Below, piece after piece: positions 1-12,752 of a DNA stretch of 64,000 nucleotides (its first letter is position 1; each line of letters begins with the position of its first letter). This DNA is from Chiloscyllium plagiosum. Its lineage: Eukaryota. The stretch lies in assembly GCF_004010195.1 (NCBI RefSeq), contig NC_057734.1, forward strand, positions 31,600,466-31,664,465, given 5' to 3'. The position numbers and the translations under genes were made by a program. The notes beneath the pieces were generated by a model. It was not told the DNA's origin and ran no database searches. It saw only the letters and a list, made by a program, of their open reading frames with translations.

Positions 1-614
1 CACCCGATGTGGCCTCCTCTATATTGGGGAGACAGGCTGCCTACTTGCGGAACGTTTCAGAGAACACCTCTGGGACACCCGGACCAACCAACCCAACCAC
101 CCTGTGGCTCAACACTTCAACTCCTGCTCCCACTCCACCAAAGACATGCAGGTCCTTGGACTCCTCCATTGCCAGACCATAGCAACACGACACCTGGAGG
201 AAGAGTGCCTCATCTTCCGCATAGGAACCCGCCAACCACAAGGGATGAACTCAGATTTCTCCAGTTTCCTCCATTTCCCCTCCCCCCACTTGTCTCAGTC
301 AAATCCCTCGAACTCAGCACCGCCTTCCTAACCTGCAATCTTCTTCCTGATCTCTCCGCCTCCACCCCACTCCGGCCTATCACCCTCACCTTGACCTCCT
401 TCCACCGATCGCATTTCCAACGCCCCTCTCCCAAGTCCGTCCTCCCTACCTTTTATCTTAGCCTGCTGGGCACACTTTCCTCATTCCTGAAGAAGGGCTT
501 ATGCCCGAAACGTCGATTCTCCTGTTCCTTGGATGCTGCCTGATCTGCTGCGCTTTTCCAGCAACACATTTTCAGCTCTGATCTCCAGCATCTGCAGTCC
601 TCACTTTTTCCTCG
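1..614 (+). mobile_element. Penelope-like element 3' end (GIY-YIG endonuclease C-terminus plus pLTR)
   Basis: Frame from position 5 reads RCGLLYIGETGCLLAERFREHLWDTRTNQPNHPVAQHFNSCSH...LEEECLIFRIGTRQPQGMNSDF, a PLE GIY-YIG pattern. A pyrimidine-rich UTR and a hammerhead-containing pLTR follow. Confidence 0.85.
487..514 (+). ncRNA. Minimal hammerhead ribozyme motif (Penelope type)
   Basis: CUGAAGA-A-GGGC(UUAU)GCCC-GAAA-CGUC: core boxes, 4-bp stem II, palindromic ACGU and GUC triplet. Confidence 0.65.
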
Positions 615-2045
615 AAGCAGCTAATACAACCCTACTCTTTAAAAACAAAGATGGGAGAGAGAAAATGGGGAACTCTCGGCAAGTTAGCCTGACACTGGTG
701 GTGAAGAAAATGCTGGAATCAATTATTAAGGATATAATAACTGAGCATTTGGAAAGTGACAGAATTGGTCTTAGTCAGCCTGGATTCACTAAAGGGAAAT
801 GGCTCTTGACCAGTCTTCTGGAATTTTTTTTTGAAGGATGTGACCAGTAGAGTGGACAAGGGTGACTCAGTAAATGTTGTGGACCTGGACTTTCATGAGG
901 CTTTTGACAAGTTTCCACACGAAAGATTAGTAATGAAAATTAAAACTGGTGTTATCAGAGGCATTGTATTGATGTGAATAGAGAACTGGTTGGCAGACAG
1001 GAAGCAGAGGGTTGGAATAAACGGGTCCTTTTCAGAGTGCAAGTAATGATGAGTGGGGTGCTAGGACTCCGGCTGTTCACAATATACATTAATGGTTTGG
1101 ACGAAGGAATTGAATACAATATTTCCAAATGTGTAGATGACACATAGCTGCGTGGCAGTTTGTACTGTGAGGAGAATGCTAAGGGGCTGCAGAGTGACTT
1201 GGACAAATTGGCTGAGTGGGCAAATACTTGACATATGCAATATAGTGTGGATAAATGTGAGGTTATCCACTTTGGTCACAAAAACAGGAAGGCAGATTAT
1301 TACCTAAAAGGTGGCTGTTTAGGAAAAAAGTGAGGCACAATGAGACCTGGGTTCGTGGTGGAACAGTCATTGGAATGCAGGTGCAGCAGGCATTGAGGAA
1401 AACTAATGGCATGCTGGCTTCATAGCAAGAGGATTTGAGTACTGGAGTAAGGATGTCTTGCTGCAGTTATGCAGGGCCTTGGTGAGGCCACACCTTGAGT
1501 ACTGTGTGCAGTTTTGATCTCCTAGTCTGAGGAAGGACATTCTAGCTATTGAGGAAACCAGTGAAAGCTCACCAGACTGATTCCTGGGATGGCAGGACTG
1601 ACATATGAGGAAAGACTGGATCAACTGGGCTTGTATTCATTGGAAGTTAGCAGAATGAGGGGAAATCTCAGAGAAACATAAATTCCGAATGGGACTGGAC
1701 AGGTTAGATGTGGGAAGAATTTTTCCAGTGTTGGGAAAGTCCAGAACTAGGGAGTCACAGTCTAAGAACAAGGGGTAAAACATATAGGATTGAGATGAAG
1801 AAGAATTTCTTCACTCAGAGTTGTGAACCTATTGAATTGTCTCCCACAGGAAGCTTTTGGGGCCAGTTCATTAGATATATTCAAAAGGGAGATGGGCGTG
1901 GTCCTTGCAGCTAAAGGGATCAAGGGATATGGGGATAGAGTAGGAATGGGATTCTGAGATTGCATGATCGGTCATGATTGTATTGAATGGTGGTGCAAGC
2001 TCGAAGGGCTGAATGGCCTACTCTGATACCCATTTTCTATGTTTA
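615..2045 (+). mobile_element. CR1 LINE, degenerate RT region and 3' end
   Basis: GNSRQVSLTLVVKKMLESIIKD...SQPGFTKGKWLLTSLLEFF and DKVPH-like motifs, with frameshifts and a CR1-type 3' tail. Confidence 0.85.
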
Positions 2046-2132
2046 CTTAAACAACTTGCAAATTTTGAGACAGGATTTTCTTGATATGCATAAAAATCCC
2101 CTTCAAATGAGAATGAGATGACAATTTAAAAA

Positions 2133-2410
2133 GAAACTTATTCATTCATGGGATGAGAACATTGCTGCCCAACCCATCATTTATTGCCCATCCCTAACCT
2201 CCTACAGGGCAGTTAAGAGTCAACCCAATTGCTGTGGGTCTGGAGTCACATGTAGGCCAGGTAAGCATGGCAGTTTCTTGCCCTGAAGGACATTCGTGAA
2301 CTAGATGAGTTTTTTCCAACAATCAGCAATTGATTCATGGTCATCATTAGACCCTTAATTCCAGATTTTTATTGAACTCAAATTCTACCATCTGCTGTGG
2401 CAGGATTAAA
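2133..2410 (-). mobile_element. Deu-domain (SacSINE1-like) SINE
   Basis: Shares gagtcaacc...ctggagtcacatgtaggccag...ggcagtttc with copies at about 17450-17745 and 40890-41180. Confidence 0.6.
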
Positions 2411-5400
2411 TTATTAATAAAAATGATAAAACATAGAATATTCACACCTAAACTGCGTATGCTATTCTTGGAAGACAACAATCCGTCTTCGTTAATGTAT
2501 GGCATCAATGTAATTGGAAAGAGCAGTAGTGCATTTGTCCACTATTAGACAAGATATAGTTTATTTGTAGGAAATTAAAAAACTTGAAAAACATTCTGCA
2601 ATTCTAATTTAGCCTTATTGTTAAATATTTTTCATTTGAAAGCTCTCATCTAAAACATCAAAAAGGTTTAACTTAACAGACTGACAAATAGGGTTGAAGC
2701 CAAAATTCCAGAGATGAAAGCAGCATTCTAAAGCACCAGTGAATGGCACTAGTTTTTATAACTGTGAAATTAGCATTACTTTGTTTCAGTTAGTTTGTAT
2801 CCTGGTAAATAATTCCAAATCAGAATAAGTGGCAGCATATATTCAATTTCTTATCTTATGTTTTAGTATCTATATTTTGCACTAAATATTTTGTTGATCC
2901 TCATCACACACAATTCTCTTTGTTGACAGCTTCCAAGTACGTCAAATTGAGTTAAAATATTCTTGTTTATTCTATTAGCTTGCCAATAACTTTTCAACAA
3001 GCAAATCTTCAATTTCGTAACCAACACAATTACTACAGTAAAACTGCTTGAGCATGATCACTATGCAAAAACCATTTCTTTATCATGTCTTATTAATTAA
3101 AAGCAAAGTAGTTACTAAATCCCAAGATTACAAGAAGGGAATGGGAAATTACATTACGTTTAGTCTGTAAAGTGACCAAGCTTAATCTGTAAAGTCAAGA
3201 ACATCCAGAAACTGGGGTGAAAATTCCATGCATAAACACTTCTAATCCCTAAATCAAATCAAAACTTCAAACTGTTATTCCATTTCCAAAAAGGCACTAT
3301 TAGCCTATTTTTGACCAAAAGATACATTCTATCACTCAGATGCTGCTGGATTGGACTGAGGAGGATTTGATCTTAGTTTATAATTTTGATGTCTATATAA
3401 CGTACAAAACATTTACAATAGTAGTAAGAAATGCCTTGGGCAGGATTTTCATGATTTTATCAGTATAGTCATTGAGGTGGGTGAGCCTTCAAAATGGTGG
3501 GCAGGACCCATTTCCAGGATTCCTATCCACTTATCCATTGCCAATAATTTTACTGGCATGGGATGACAGTATGGGTAGCAAATCTGCATGTAGCACACCT
3601 AATCTTGGTGGCTTCAAGTTGGGCATTTTGGACTATTCACAATTCGTATAGATTTCTAAAGGCAACATGGTTCACAGCAGCTTAGAAGAGTCATTATCCA
3701 TGAGAAATCCACAGCCTTTTGACAGATAAGTTCAAAATGTTGTGGCAACTTCATATGGCATAATGCAATACTAGAAGTTTAATATATTTTAAAAGTTAAG
3801 TGACCATTAAATTGTCCAATGCTGTGAAAGCAGAAAAGTCCTCAGATGCATTAGAGTCCATTATGTTGTGGATACAGTGCTGTTTTTCATTTAGTAATAC
3901 TGACAATCAGATCTGACTGTGCCAATGGTCAAATGTAATTCAATTATTTAACCAACTAAAAGTAGAGACATCTGTCCCCATGCTTTTAAGGTTGAGCAAA
4001 TGCTTGGGCACTTTGATCGTTAATATATCAGCTCCTCTGCTTTAAGCATGCACAGATGCACAAGCTTTCTGGTTGAAAGCTTGGAATCTGTTCCTCAGCT
4101 TCAAAGGTCAAACAGATGATTGAGCTCTTTCAATAACTTTATAGGTTTTAACATATTCAACCTTAGAATTTTTTTTTAATAGCAGATTTCAATGGCATCT
4201 CATAATGAATACTTGGCTGAGCTCCAAACCACATTAATAGTTTCAGCTCAGTAGGTTGTTGTCACAGCTGTCAAGCAGACTGAGATTTTTATAAGCACTA
4301 CAAATACTTCCCAAAGTTATTAAAGGTCTCAAGAGTTCTGTATATAGTGAATACTGGGTGAGTGGGTTTTGAGATTATGAACAGGGCAGAGGTGGTGGGG
4401 GTATATAGGGGTGGATGCGTGGACATAGAGGGTATGGAAGGGAGGGTAGAAAGTGAGTACGAGGGGCCTCACATCTACTGAATTGGACTGATGTCCTCAG
4501 GAAACTGCAAGTGAGTCTTCTAAACTTCTTGCCTCAGCATCTGTTTGTTTTCAAGGTGGCAATCGGTAACTTAGGCAGGAAGTGGTATAGGGAAGTTAGG
4601 GAATGATCTGACCTTGATTTACACCTTGAAGGTGAAGATTCAGGTCCTTGTGTCAGACCACTCAAATATTAGGTAACTAATACAGATTTACAAGTTATCG
4701 CTCATTCACTTTGAAAACTGGAAATGGCACTCTGTTCATAAAAACATTACATCAGTAGCACCTACAGTTTCACTAGCAAACAACATGTTTAAGAAAAACA
4801 TAATTTCTGATTTTTGCAAAATAAGAATCTTGGGGTGATAGATATGTAAAAGGTAAAGACGGCAAAGTCCCAGAGGACTATAGGGCTGCCCTCTCTTTAG
4901 AGAGAGATGACTGGTAATGGCTTACCCCAAGGGTCACTTTGCCTCAGTCTCAACTTATGTCAAACCTCTATGAAGAAACAAATATTAAGTTTGTACTGCT
5001 CAGAATTCAGCAAATAACATGGCCTACTCCAAATCAGTGAAGCATCATAATTTGAGGACATATTTTAAATAATGTGTACATACCCTAAGCAAGGCATGGA
5101 TTTTGGAGATGCCTGCAGTAATCAAAAGTAAACTTAACATTAATACCATTAAGTTTCCAGTTTAAATACAGGAATTGAATTTTAAATTGAATTTCCCAAG
5201 TGTCGTGGCAACTATATCTGAAATCATTACATTACTATGCTAATGTCCCATTAATACTGTCACTTGTCTCCCTGCATTTAACACTATGGCTTACAAATGG
5301 AAATAACCTTGGGAATTAGATTTTGCAAAGTGGGAGACAGTGCTTCTTACAAGAACATTACATTTTATGAACAAACTCGAACAATGAGAACTGACTTACC

Positions 5401-5783
5401 ACAAATAATTAAAGTGACAATTGGACAGATATTAAATTAAAATTTTGAGAGTAGCTATCCAGACAGCACTTGTGCAAGTCAGGTACCAAATGAAAGTGCT
5501 GTAAAAGGGCTAAGAACAAAATAATTCTAAAATAATTGACATATTTCACAAATACAATTAAAAGACTTACTACGTTACAGATAACTTACCACAGATAAAA
5601 GTTATCAGATAAAATTTCTCAATAAAATGGCCACTATTTCTCACTATTCCAGCTCTTGCCAGGATTCTGCCGACACAGTAGCTTTTACAACTGGTGAAAC
5701 ATCCCCCAAGTGCATATGTGCAAATCACAAAATATATAGTAATACTGAGTAATTATTGCATAGTGGAATTTTAGGTTATATTC

Positions 5784-5909
5784 CTAAGTTACAGTCTGAG
5801 ATCGCTGTCGTAATTCTGAAGAAGGCTGGTGAGTGCTTGAGTTCAAGATACATTCAAGTGGTTGATCATGCTGCATTTGGTTTACCCGGGCATGCTCTGC
5901 AAACCATTC
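5784..5909 (-). CDS. TPCN1: TPC1 last coding exon (26 of 26 in window)
   Basis: cag|EWFAEHARVNQMQHDQPLECILNSSTHQPSSELRQRSQTVT*; the ending matches mammalian TPC1 RQRSQTVT. Confidence 0.95.
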   Translation of the reverse strand, partial: EWFAEHARVNQMQHDQPLECILNSSTHQPSSELRQRSQTVT

Positions 5910-6344
5910 CTGTTGGAAGGGGAGACATTTTTATTGCTGAACAATATGAGAAACAGTTATTAGTAAACAAAAAGAAAAATCAGCGTCCAACCAAAGTACT
6001 AATATTTTATTAATGTTTTCAGATGTACAACATAATTAATAATTCACACCCTTTAACATCTATAAACAAATCCTAAGAACTTAACTCACCTAAGTCTCTT
6101 TTGTTGATAATATACCTAGTGACATTTGTCCAACTGCTCCTCCAATCAGTAGTTTACATTTATAAAAGGATTGGTATTGCTATCCTTGACCTGCCCACCA
6201 TGATATTTTACCTTCCCTTTATAAAGGAGTTAATTTTTTTTTACAAGAATATGTTTGACTCTAAGTATATTCTAAGAAGTTATCTAAGTGGGTTTGTCTA
6301 TTTGGTAAACATAAGAAGGTACACCATTCGAAAGGTTTTCATAC

Positions 6345-6425
6345 CTGAATTTCCTCTTCATACATTTTAATGCTTAGATCACTTTTAGTTCTTAATCTTC
6401 TGCCAATAAAAACCATTTTAATCTG
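6345..6425 (-). CDS. TPCN1: TPC1 exon 25
   Basis: [27 protein letters not shown]; NAGNAG acceptor, GTATGA donor. Confidence 0.95.
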
Positions 6426-7234
6426 CTGTAATAAAACAAGAAACAGTTTTCATGTCATAAAGCTGAAGATAGTCTTAAAAGTCCTCTTGAAAAAGACATT
6501 GCTTATGATCTAAAATATATAGGTTACAATATTAGCTCAAAGACAGACAGGAAGCGGAGACGGCAGTGGGAAGAGTATAATGAGTTTGGAAAATATGTAA
6601 GAATACGTTTCACTCAGATCTCAACAATTCTAACTGAAGGAATTGGTTAATAATTTCTGCCTCAGTTTTCTGGTCATCTTGAAAAAGTGAATGAGGCTTT
6701 TAACACAGGTCATGGCTGCAATCAGAGAGGAGGACAGGATTTATCAAAGACCTTGGGATGCTGGGGTTGGAAGAGGGATATATGTGGAACAGTTTCTGGA
6801 TCAGAGGTCATAGGGGATTACCAGTGTTGGTGGTGGAGTAGATCGGAGACTTTGGGGAATATGCAGAAAGCAGGACCCTTGTGGGTTGGTTAAGTAGGGA
6901 GGTTTTGGATTGGTTGAAAGGCTTGGTGGTTGGGGAGATTAGTAGCTAAAGCTTTAAAGAGGAAATTAGAAGGGGAAAAAATCTAAGGCCTTTGATGGGA
7001 GGACCAGAACAATTAGTTGTAGAGGAAATCTGCATCCTTGGGGAAGAGGGTTCATGTGGATAGAAATAGCCTCAGGAGATTGGAAGAACAGTGGATGTGA
7101 TCAGAGGCCTTGCAGACAGGTAGGTGGTGCAAGATCAGAAGGATTGATGATGGTAGAAGTCTGCCTCACATTTGGGGTTGGTTGTTTGATTGGCTGAGTC
7201 ATCTAGTTTCAGTAGGTAAGTGAATCTTATATGA

Positions 7235-7452
7235 AACAAAGAACTGTGTATACTGCTGATGTGAAACAAACAAAATCAAATCGGTGGAACAACCTAGCAG
7301 CATCTGTGCAGAGAAAGCAGAATTAACATTCTGAGTTCAGTGACCCTTCAGTTCTAGTTCCGAAGAAGGGTCAATGGACTTGAAAATTAACTCTGCTTTG
7401 TCTCCACAGATGCTGCCAGACCTGCTGAGTTTCTCTAGCAATTTCTGTTTTT
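7235..7452. mobile_element. Head-to-head Penelope pLTR fragments (fold-back)
   Basis: gcagcatctgtgcagagaaagcagaattaa is inverted relative to ttaactctgctttgtctccacagatgctgc, with a degenerate hammerhead in the centre. Confidence 0.65.
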
Positions 7453-8171
7453 GGTAAGCAAATCTTCCTGGGTGAAGTTGTACTCGAGTTTCATTAGACT
7501 TTGGGTGGTTCAAAAACCAGGAAACTTAGCCAACAAATGGCTAATTCTGAGGTACACAAGCCAACTCCTACATTACTGTAATATTGGAAGTACACTAAGG
7601 CGTTTGAGCTCAAGTTACAGATATTTTTCATTTTTATATACTACTTAAATTAAAGCTACTATTTTTAATGGTTTAAAAGTTCCCTTCAGTATGAAGTTGC
7701 ATAGTTACATCCTTATGCTGCTTAGTATTCATAGTAGTTATTTGTCTTCTTCGCCTTCCCTTTGGAAGTATCTAATATTGAAAGGTAAAGATGCTATTGT
7801 TGTACCAGACTATAAGCTTCTCTCATTAAAGAATGATAATTTAACTATGGGTTACCACACCTCAGATGAGGGGAGAGTTTGAGAAGGTGTGTTCTTAATG
7901 GTTACTTTAGCCAATGCAGAAATTGAGCCCACACTGTTGGCATCAGACTGCATTGCAAAACAGGCGTTTATGCAACTGAGCTAACTGATTCTCATACACC
8001 TAATATTATCAGCAAACACATAAGTGACCAACTGGTTTTACGTCAGCTCCTATAAATACCATTCTATGGGGCATAGTAAGTTCTTTATGAGTAGCCCAAT
8101 AAAACATTCCTTGGCCTTCAATCTGCCCCTTTTTTTATTAATTTGTGGAATGTGGCTTCGCTGGTTGGACT

Positions 8172-8330
8172 AGATTAGATTAAATCCCCTACAGTGTGGA
8201 AACAGGCCGTTTGGCCCAACAAGTCCACACCGACCCTCCGAAGAGTAATCCACCCAGACCCATTTCCCTCTGACTAATGCACCTAACACTATGGACAATT
8301 TAGCATGGCCAATTCACTTGACCTGCACAC
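8172..8330 (-). mobile_element. HE1/V-SINE 3' fragment inserted in an older SINE
   Basis: Near-identical to the 3' half of the SINE at 49912-50258; (tctaa)n tail. Confidence 0.7.
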
Positions 8331-9179
8331 CTTACCATTTATTGCCCATCCCTTATTGGGTAATGGCTTAATTCCAGTGCTCACCTCAGATTTCTATAGA
8401 GTCAAACTAATGTCTTAGGTAGGTAGAATGGGATGAGAAAAGGCTGTATGGGCCATTCATATCTTTTCCCTCAGAGCCTGCATAGAATGTTTGTAAGAGG
8501 AACAATCAACAACACAACTATTATGCATATCAAATATAATCACGTTTAATTTTCTTTGAATTCTATATCTGATAGGACCAAGATTGAGATTTTGAATACA
8601 CAACATTTGTACACTCCTCAAGAATTTTAACTCTTTTCCCCAAATTTCTCCCCTTCCTTTGCTCCCTCTTCTACCGAAAATTTCTACACTTCCAAGAATA
8701 CTTGTCACCTTCCATTGCCTCAAATGTAACCAGTATTCATGAGTTAGCCAAGACAGTGAGCAGAAGCAAACTATTTGACCATGAGCGAATAGGGTATAAT
8801 ACATCTTTTACTCACTGTGCCAGCCTAATAATTTGCAGCGGAAGCCACCAGACAACCCTCACATGCAGAAACTCTATTTTGATTCCTCTATTCCATGACC
8901 TGTTGAAGTGCTGTAGTGCCTCTGCTATAATTGCGTAAATGATCAGTAACAAAGGATTGAATTTGAGACTGTCTGCAGAACTTTTTGTCATGGAGTCATA
9001 GAGCACAGGAACAGACTCTTCGGTCCAACTTGTCCATGCCGACATGTCTCCCAAACTAAATTAGTCCCAAAGTCACTGATACAGTACAGAAAGTTGAAAA
9101 TAATTCTTGTAATAGTTAATTATGAAAGCTGGTCATGATTACAGCATGTGTCAAAGTGAATATGTAACATGTGCTAAAA

Positions 9180-9193
9180 CTGCCACCTGGTGG
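9180..9193 (-). promoter_or_regulatory. Putative CTCF site
   Basis: CCACCAGGTGGCAG matches the core consensus CCASYAGRKGGCRS at every position. Confidence 0.5.
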
Positions 9194-9234
9194 TGAACAT
9201 GTAAGTGCGCAACGATGTACTTGTGCAGAAAAAA

Positions 9235-11300
9235 CAAGGGAACACATAATGAACGGTAGGACTCTGTTAAGCAATGAGGATCGCAGGGATGTTGATTAGT
9301 GTATACACTGGTCCCTTGAAGTATTATGACAGGTTGATAAAGTGGTTAAGGCAGCATATGGGATACAGGTCTTTATTGGCTGAGATACAGAGTTTAAGAG
9401 CAGGGAGATAATGCTAGAACCGTATGAAATGTTGGTTAGGCCACGTCTAGAGTACTGTGAACAGTTTTAGAATCCACATTTTGGGAGGGAAGTGATTGCA
9501 TTGGAGAGAGTGCAGAGGAGATTTGTCATCATGTTGCCTCGGCTGGAGAGTTTTAGTTAAGGAGAGAGATTGGACAGACTGGGCTGATATTTTGAGCCCA
9601 GTGACCCTTCTTGAGCACACAGAGTAACTTGGAAAAAGTGGTATAAATGCTGAAGATGACAGGTTGAGGGCAAAGGAGTACACGGGTAGGTAGAGATAGT
9701 GCCCAGAGGGACAGAAAGACAGTTAAGCAGACAAAGGAATGGATAATGGTAAGCCATAATAATAATGGGACCATAAGTAGATGAAAATAAGTTAGATGTA
9801 TTGAAAACAGCCCACGTCATGACAGGGCTAGGGGTGTGGGGGTCACTAAAGGACATACAGGTAGGTGTACAGGCCCTAAAATTATTGAACTCGATACTGA
9901 GACTTGAAGGCTGCAGGGTCCCCAAGCAGAAACTGATATGCTGTTTATCCAGCTGGCACTGGACTCACTGTAGCAGACCAGAGACAAATATATTGGCCAA
10001 GGAATACTGGTGTGTTGAAGAGGCAGGCAACTGGAAGCTCAGTGTCATTTTTTTCATTTTTGTACACAGAATATAGTTCTGCATTGCAGCAGCCCAATAT
10101 GTGATTCGTCTCTGTAATGTAGAGGTGACCACATTGTGAGGAGCGAATTCAGTCGACTAGATTGGGTGAAGTATAGGCTATTGGCTGCTTCGTCTGGAAG
10201 GTGTGACTGGAGCGTTGGATAGTGAAGAGGGAGGAAGTAAATGGGTAAGTGTTGAACCTTCTGTGATTGCATGGAAAGGCATCATGGTGTTTCGGGGAGG
10301 TTTTGAGATTGGTCCACACCACCTCCACTATCCAAGGCTCCAGACGCACCTTCTAGTCAAACAGCAATTTACCTGCACTTCCGCCTAGTATTGTGGAACA
10401 TCTACGTTCTGTCCAAAAATTGACCCGAGCTTCCAGTTGCCTGCCACTTCAACAAATTACTATGTTCCCAGGCCAACATCTCTGTCTTGGGCTTGGTGCA
10501 GAGTTCCAGCAAAGTTGGAAAAAACATCTCATTTTCCATTTGGGAACCCTGCAGTCTTCACTACTCAATACTGAGTTCACCGTCCTCTCTGTCCTTTATC
10601 CACTCCCACATTCCAGGCCTGTAATGACATAAGCTGCTTTCAGTACCCCCAACCCATTTTCATCTGATTATGATCCCCATTTTAGCTTTTCTCTTTCTCC
10701 CTGGCTGATCATCATCTCTCCCTTTGTCTGCCTAACTGTCTTACTGTCTCTCTGGGCTTTGTCTCCACCAACCCATTCACTCCCACACTTGCAACTGTAT
10801 GTCTTCAGTATAAATACGACCTGCTTGTAGCTACTATTAATATTGAAAATGAGTCACTGGACAAAACGTTAACTTGGCTTTTTCTGCACAGATGCTGTTT
10901 CTGTTTCAGATTTAGAGCATCCACAGTTCTTTGTTTATTTTGGATAGACATGGGTTGTTTTCCTTTGAGTGGAGGAGAGTGAGGAGGGAGATGATTGAGA
11001 CATATAAACTCATGAGGGCCATAGACGGGAGGCAAGAAGAAACATTTCTCCCTGGCGAGTGATCAATGTCTGGGGCATAGTTTTAAGTTAAGTGGCATGA
11101 GGTTTAAAGACCATGTGTTAAAAACTATTTTTCCCAGAGGGTGGTAGGAATCTGGAACTTAAGGTTGGTAGAGGCAAAACCCTCAATATTTAAGTTGTAT
11201 TTAGATGTACACTTGCGATGCTGAGATATACGCTACGGGCCCAGTATTGGAAAATAGAATTTGAATAGTTAGGTTGTTGTTTTGCCCAGCACATAGAAAT
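9235..11300 (+). mobile_element. CR1 3' fragment interrupted by an inverted pair of Penelope fragments (about 9590-10945)
   Basis: CR1 text stops at gagattggacagactggg (about 9583) and resumes at ttggatagacatgggttg (about 10940). GIY-YIG remnants lie on both strands between. Confidence 0.7.
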
Positions 11301-11746
11301 CCTTCAGCCTATTGACTATCAGTGCACTAGACCACCACGACACTATATCTGTTCACATCCTTAACTTCATTTGTATTCAAACTGTGATAGCTCTTAATTA
11401 TTTCAAAGTTAGCATGATGTAAAATATGAAGCTCCACACATATCAGGTAAACAAGACAATACACAGGCTGAAAATAATATAGTTTTTTCAGGTTGTTTGA
11501 TTGTCTTACAGTGACAAAGACATGAAATAATATCAGAATAAGGGACTCTCCATGCCCGACACCACAGACACACAAAGAAACCAAAAAATCTGTGGATGCC
11601 TAAATAATACCTGTAGTCATCCTGGATATGGTGGTTTAGAAATGGCAATATTACCTACATTTAATAATTAAAGAATAATAACAAAAATGTTAAAACTCCA
11701 ATTAAACAGAATACGAAGAGAAACTGGTATACGTATAACCACTTAC

Positions 11747-11886
11747 ATCATTGCTTGCCATTCTGGATGACAATTTAAGGAGTCCAGAGATCTCAGAAGA
11801 TGGAGAACCATTCTGTCTGTTGAACTCAAGAAGTCGATCAACTTCATCTTTGTCTACTTCAGTCTCAAAAACAATTCCATTTTCGT
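11747..11886 (-). CDS. TPCN1: TPC1 exon 24
   Basis: (D)ENGIVFETEVDKDEVDRLLEFNRQNGSPSSEISGLLKLSSRMASND; phase 1 to 0, AG/GTAAGT. Confidence 0.9.
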
Positions 11887-12106
11887 CTGTTATCAGTGAC
11901 AGATCAGAATACAGAATACATAAAAACACTGTCCAAAAATGACAAAATTAGAACATGATTCAAAATTCCAATCTTTGGTAATAACTGATCACAATTAAAA
12001 AAAAACAAAAACTAGTCAAAGAAACATTAAATTAAAATATAAAACATTGAGGCACAGAGCAAGAAGCAAACTATCATTGATGGAAATTTGTATGGATGAC
12101 ACGTAC

Positions 12107-12191
12107 CTCCCTCATCTTTACTTTTTCTACTGTAGTTCATGCGGAACAGAAATGCATCCAAAATAAAGGCAACAATAATAGTAAGTACAAC
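12107..12191 (-). CDS. TPCN1: TPC1 exon 23 (IIS6)
   Basis: VVLTIIVAFILDAFLFRMNYSRKSKDEG. Confidence 0.95.
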
Positions 12192-12610
12192 CTAAACAAG
12201 ATAAAAAAAATTGGTAAGTTACAACTGTATGCTATGCTAAAAAAATCTTGTTTAGATCCATCAAGAAATCATTACATAAAGCCATTAGGACTGCCCATTG
12301 AAAATAAGGAAGGGTAGGCAAGTTATGACAATCCGTGCATAATGCTGATTTGATGACATTTTCAATTTCAATACTCGAGCCTTTGCCAACGCTAAACATG
12401 ATTCAGCAGCAGGAAGGAAAAACTCAGCAGCATTGCTTACAGGGAGAAAGAGGATGACCAATGTGTCATCACCAGCTCAGCAGACTTTCCTGACATGCAG
12501 GGCACCACGAATTACATACACATTGTACCATGAGCCCCACATGTAGACTCAGAAATGTGCAACAACTAGAAGACTTCCACTCCCTCAATACTCAGTGTAC
12601 CATATTTAGG

Positions 12611-12752
12611 TTCTGGATTAGTGGTGCTGGAAGAGCACAGCAGTTCAGGCAGCATCCAAGGAGCTTGTGGATGCTGCCCGAACTGCTGTGCTCTTCCAGC
12701 ACCACTAATCCAGAATCTGGTTTCCAGCATCTGCAGTCATTGTTTTTATCTC
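12611..12752. mobile_element. Penelope pLTR fold-back mini-insertion with 14-bp TSD
   Basis: 48-bp inverted arms 12611-12658 and 12668-12715 (1 mismatch); TSD gtacYatatttagg at 12597 and 12753. Confidence 0.8.

Noticed and set aside
7-543. 178-aa ORF
   Set aside because: Off-frame reading of the Penelope 3' end; the real remnant is in the YIG frame.
2550-5783. TPCN1 3' UTR end and poly(A) site
   Set aside because: Several AATAAA/ATTAAA-like hexamers lie in AT-rich DNA; one cannot be chosen without transcript data.
8457-8804. ORF containing IFGRRGSKG as a candidate TPC1 exon
   Set aside because: Chance resemblance; the true exon ([14 protein letters not shown]) is at 6345-6425.
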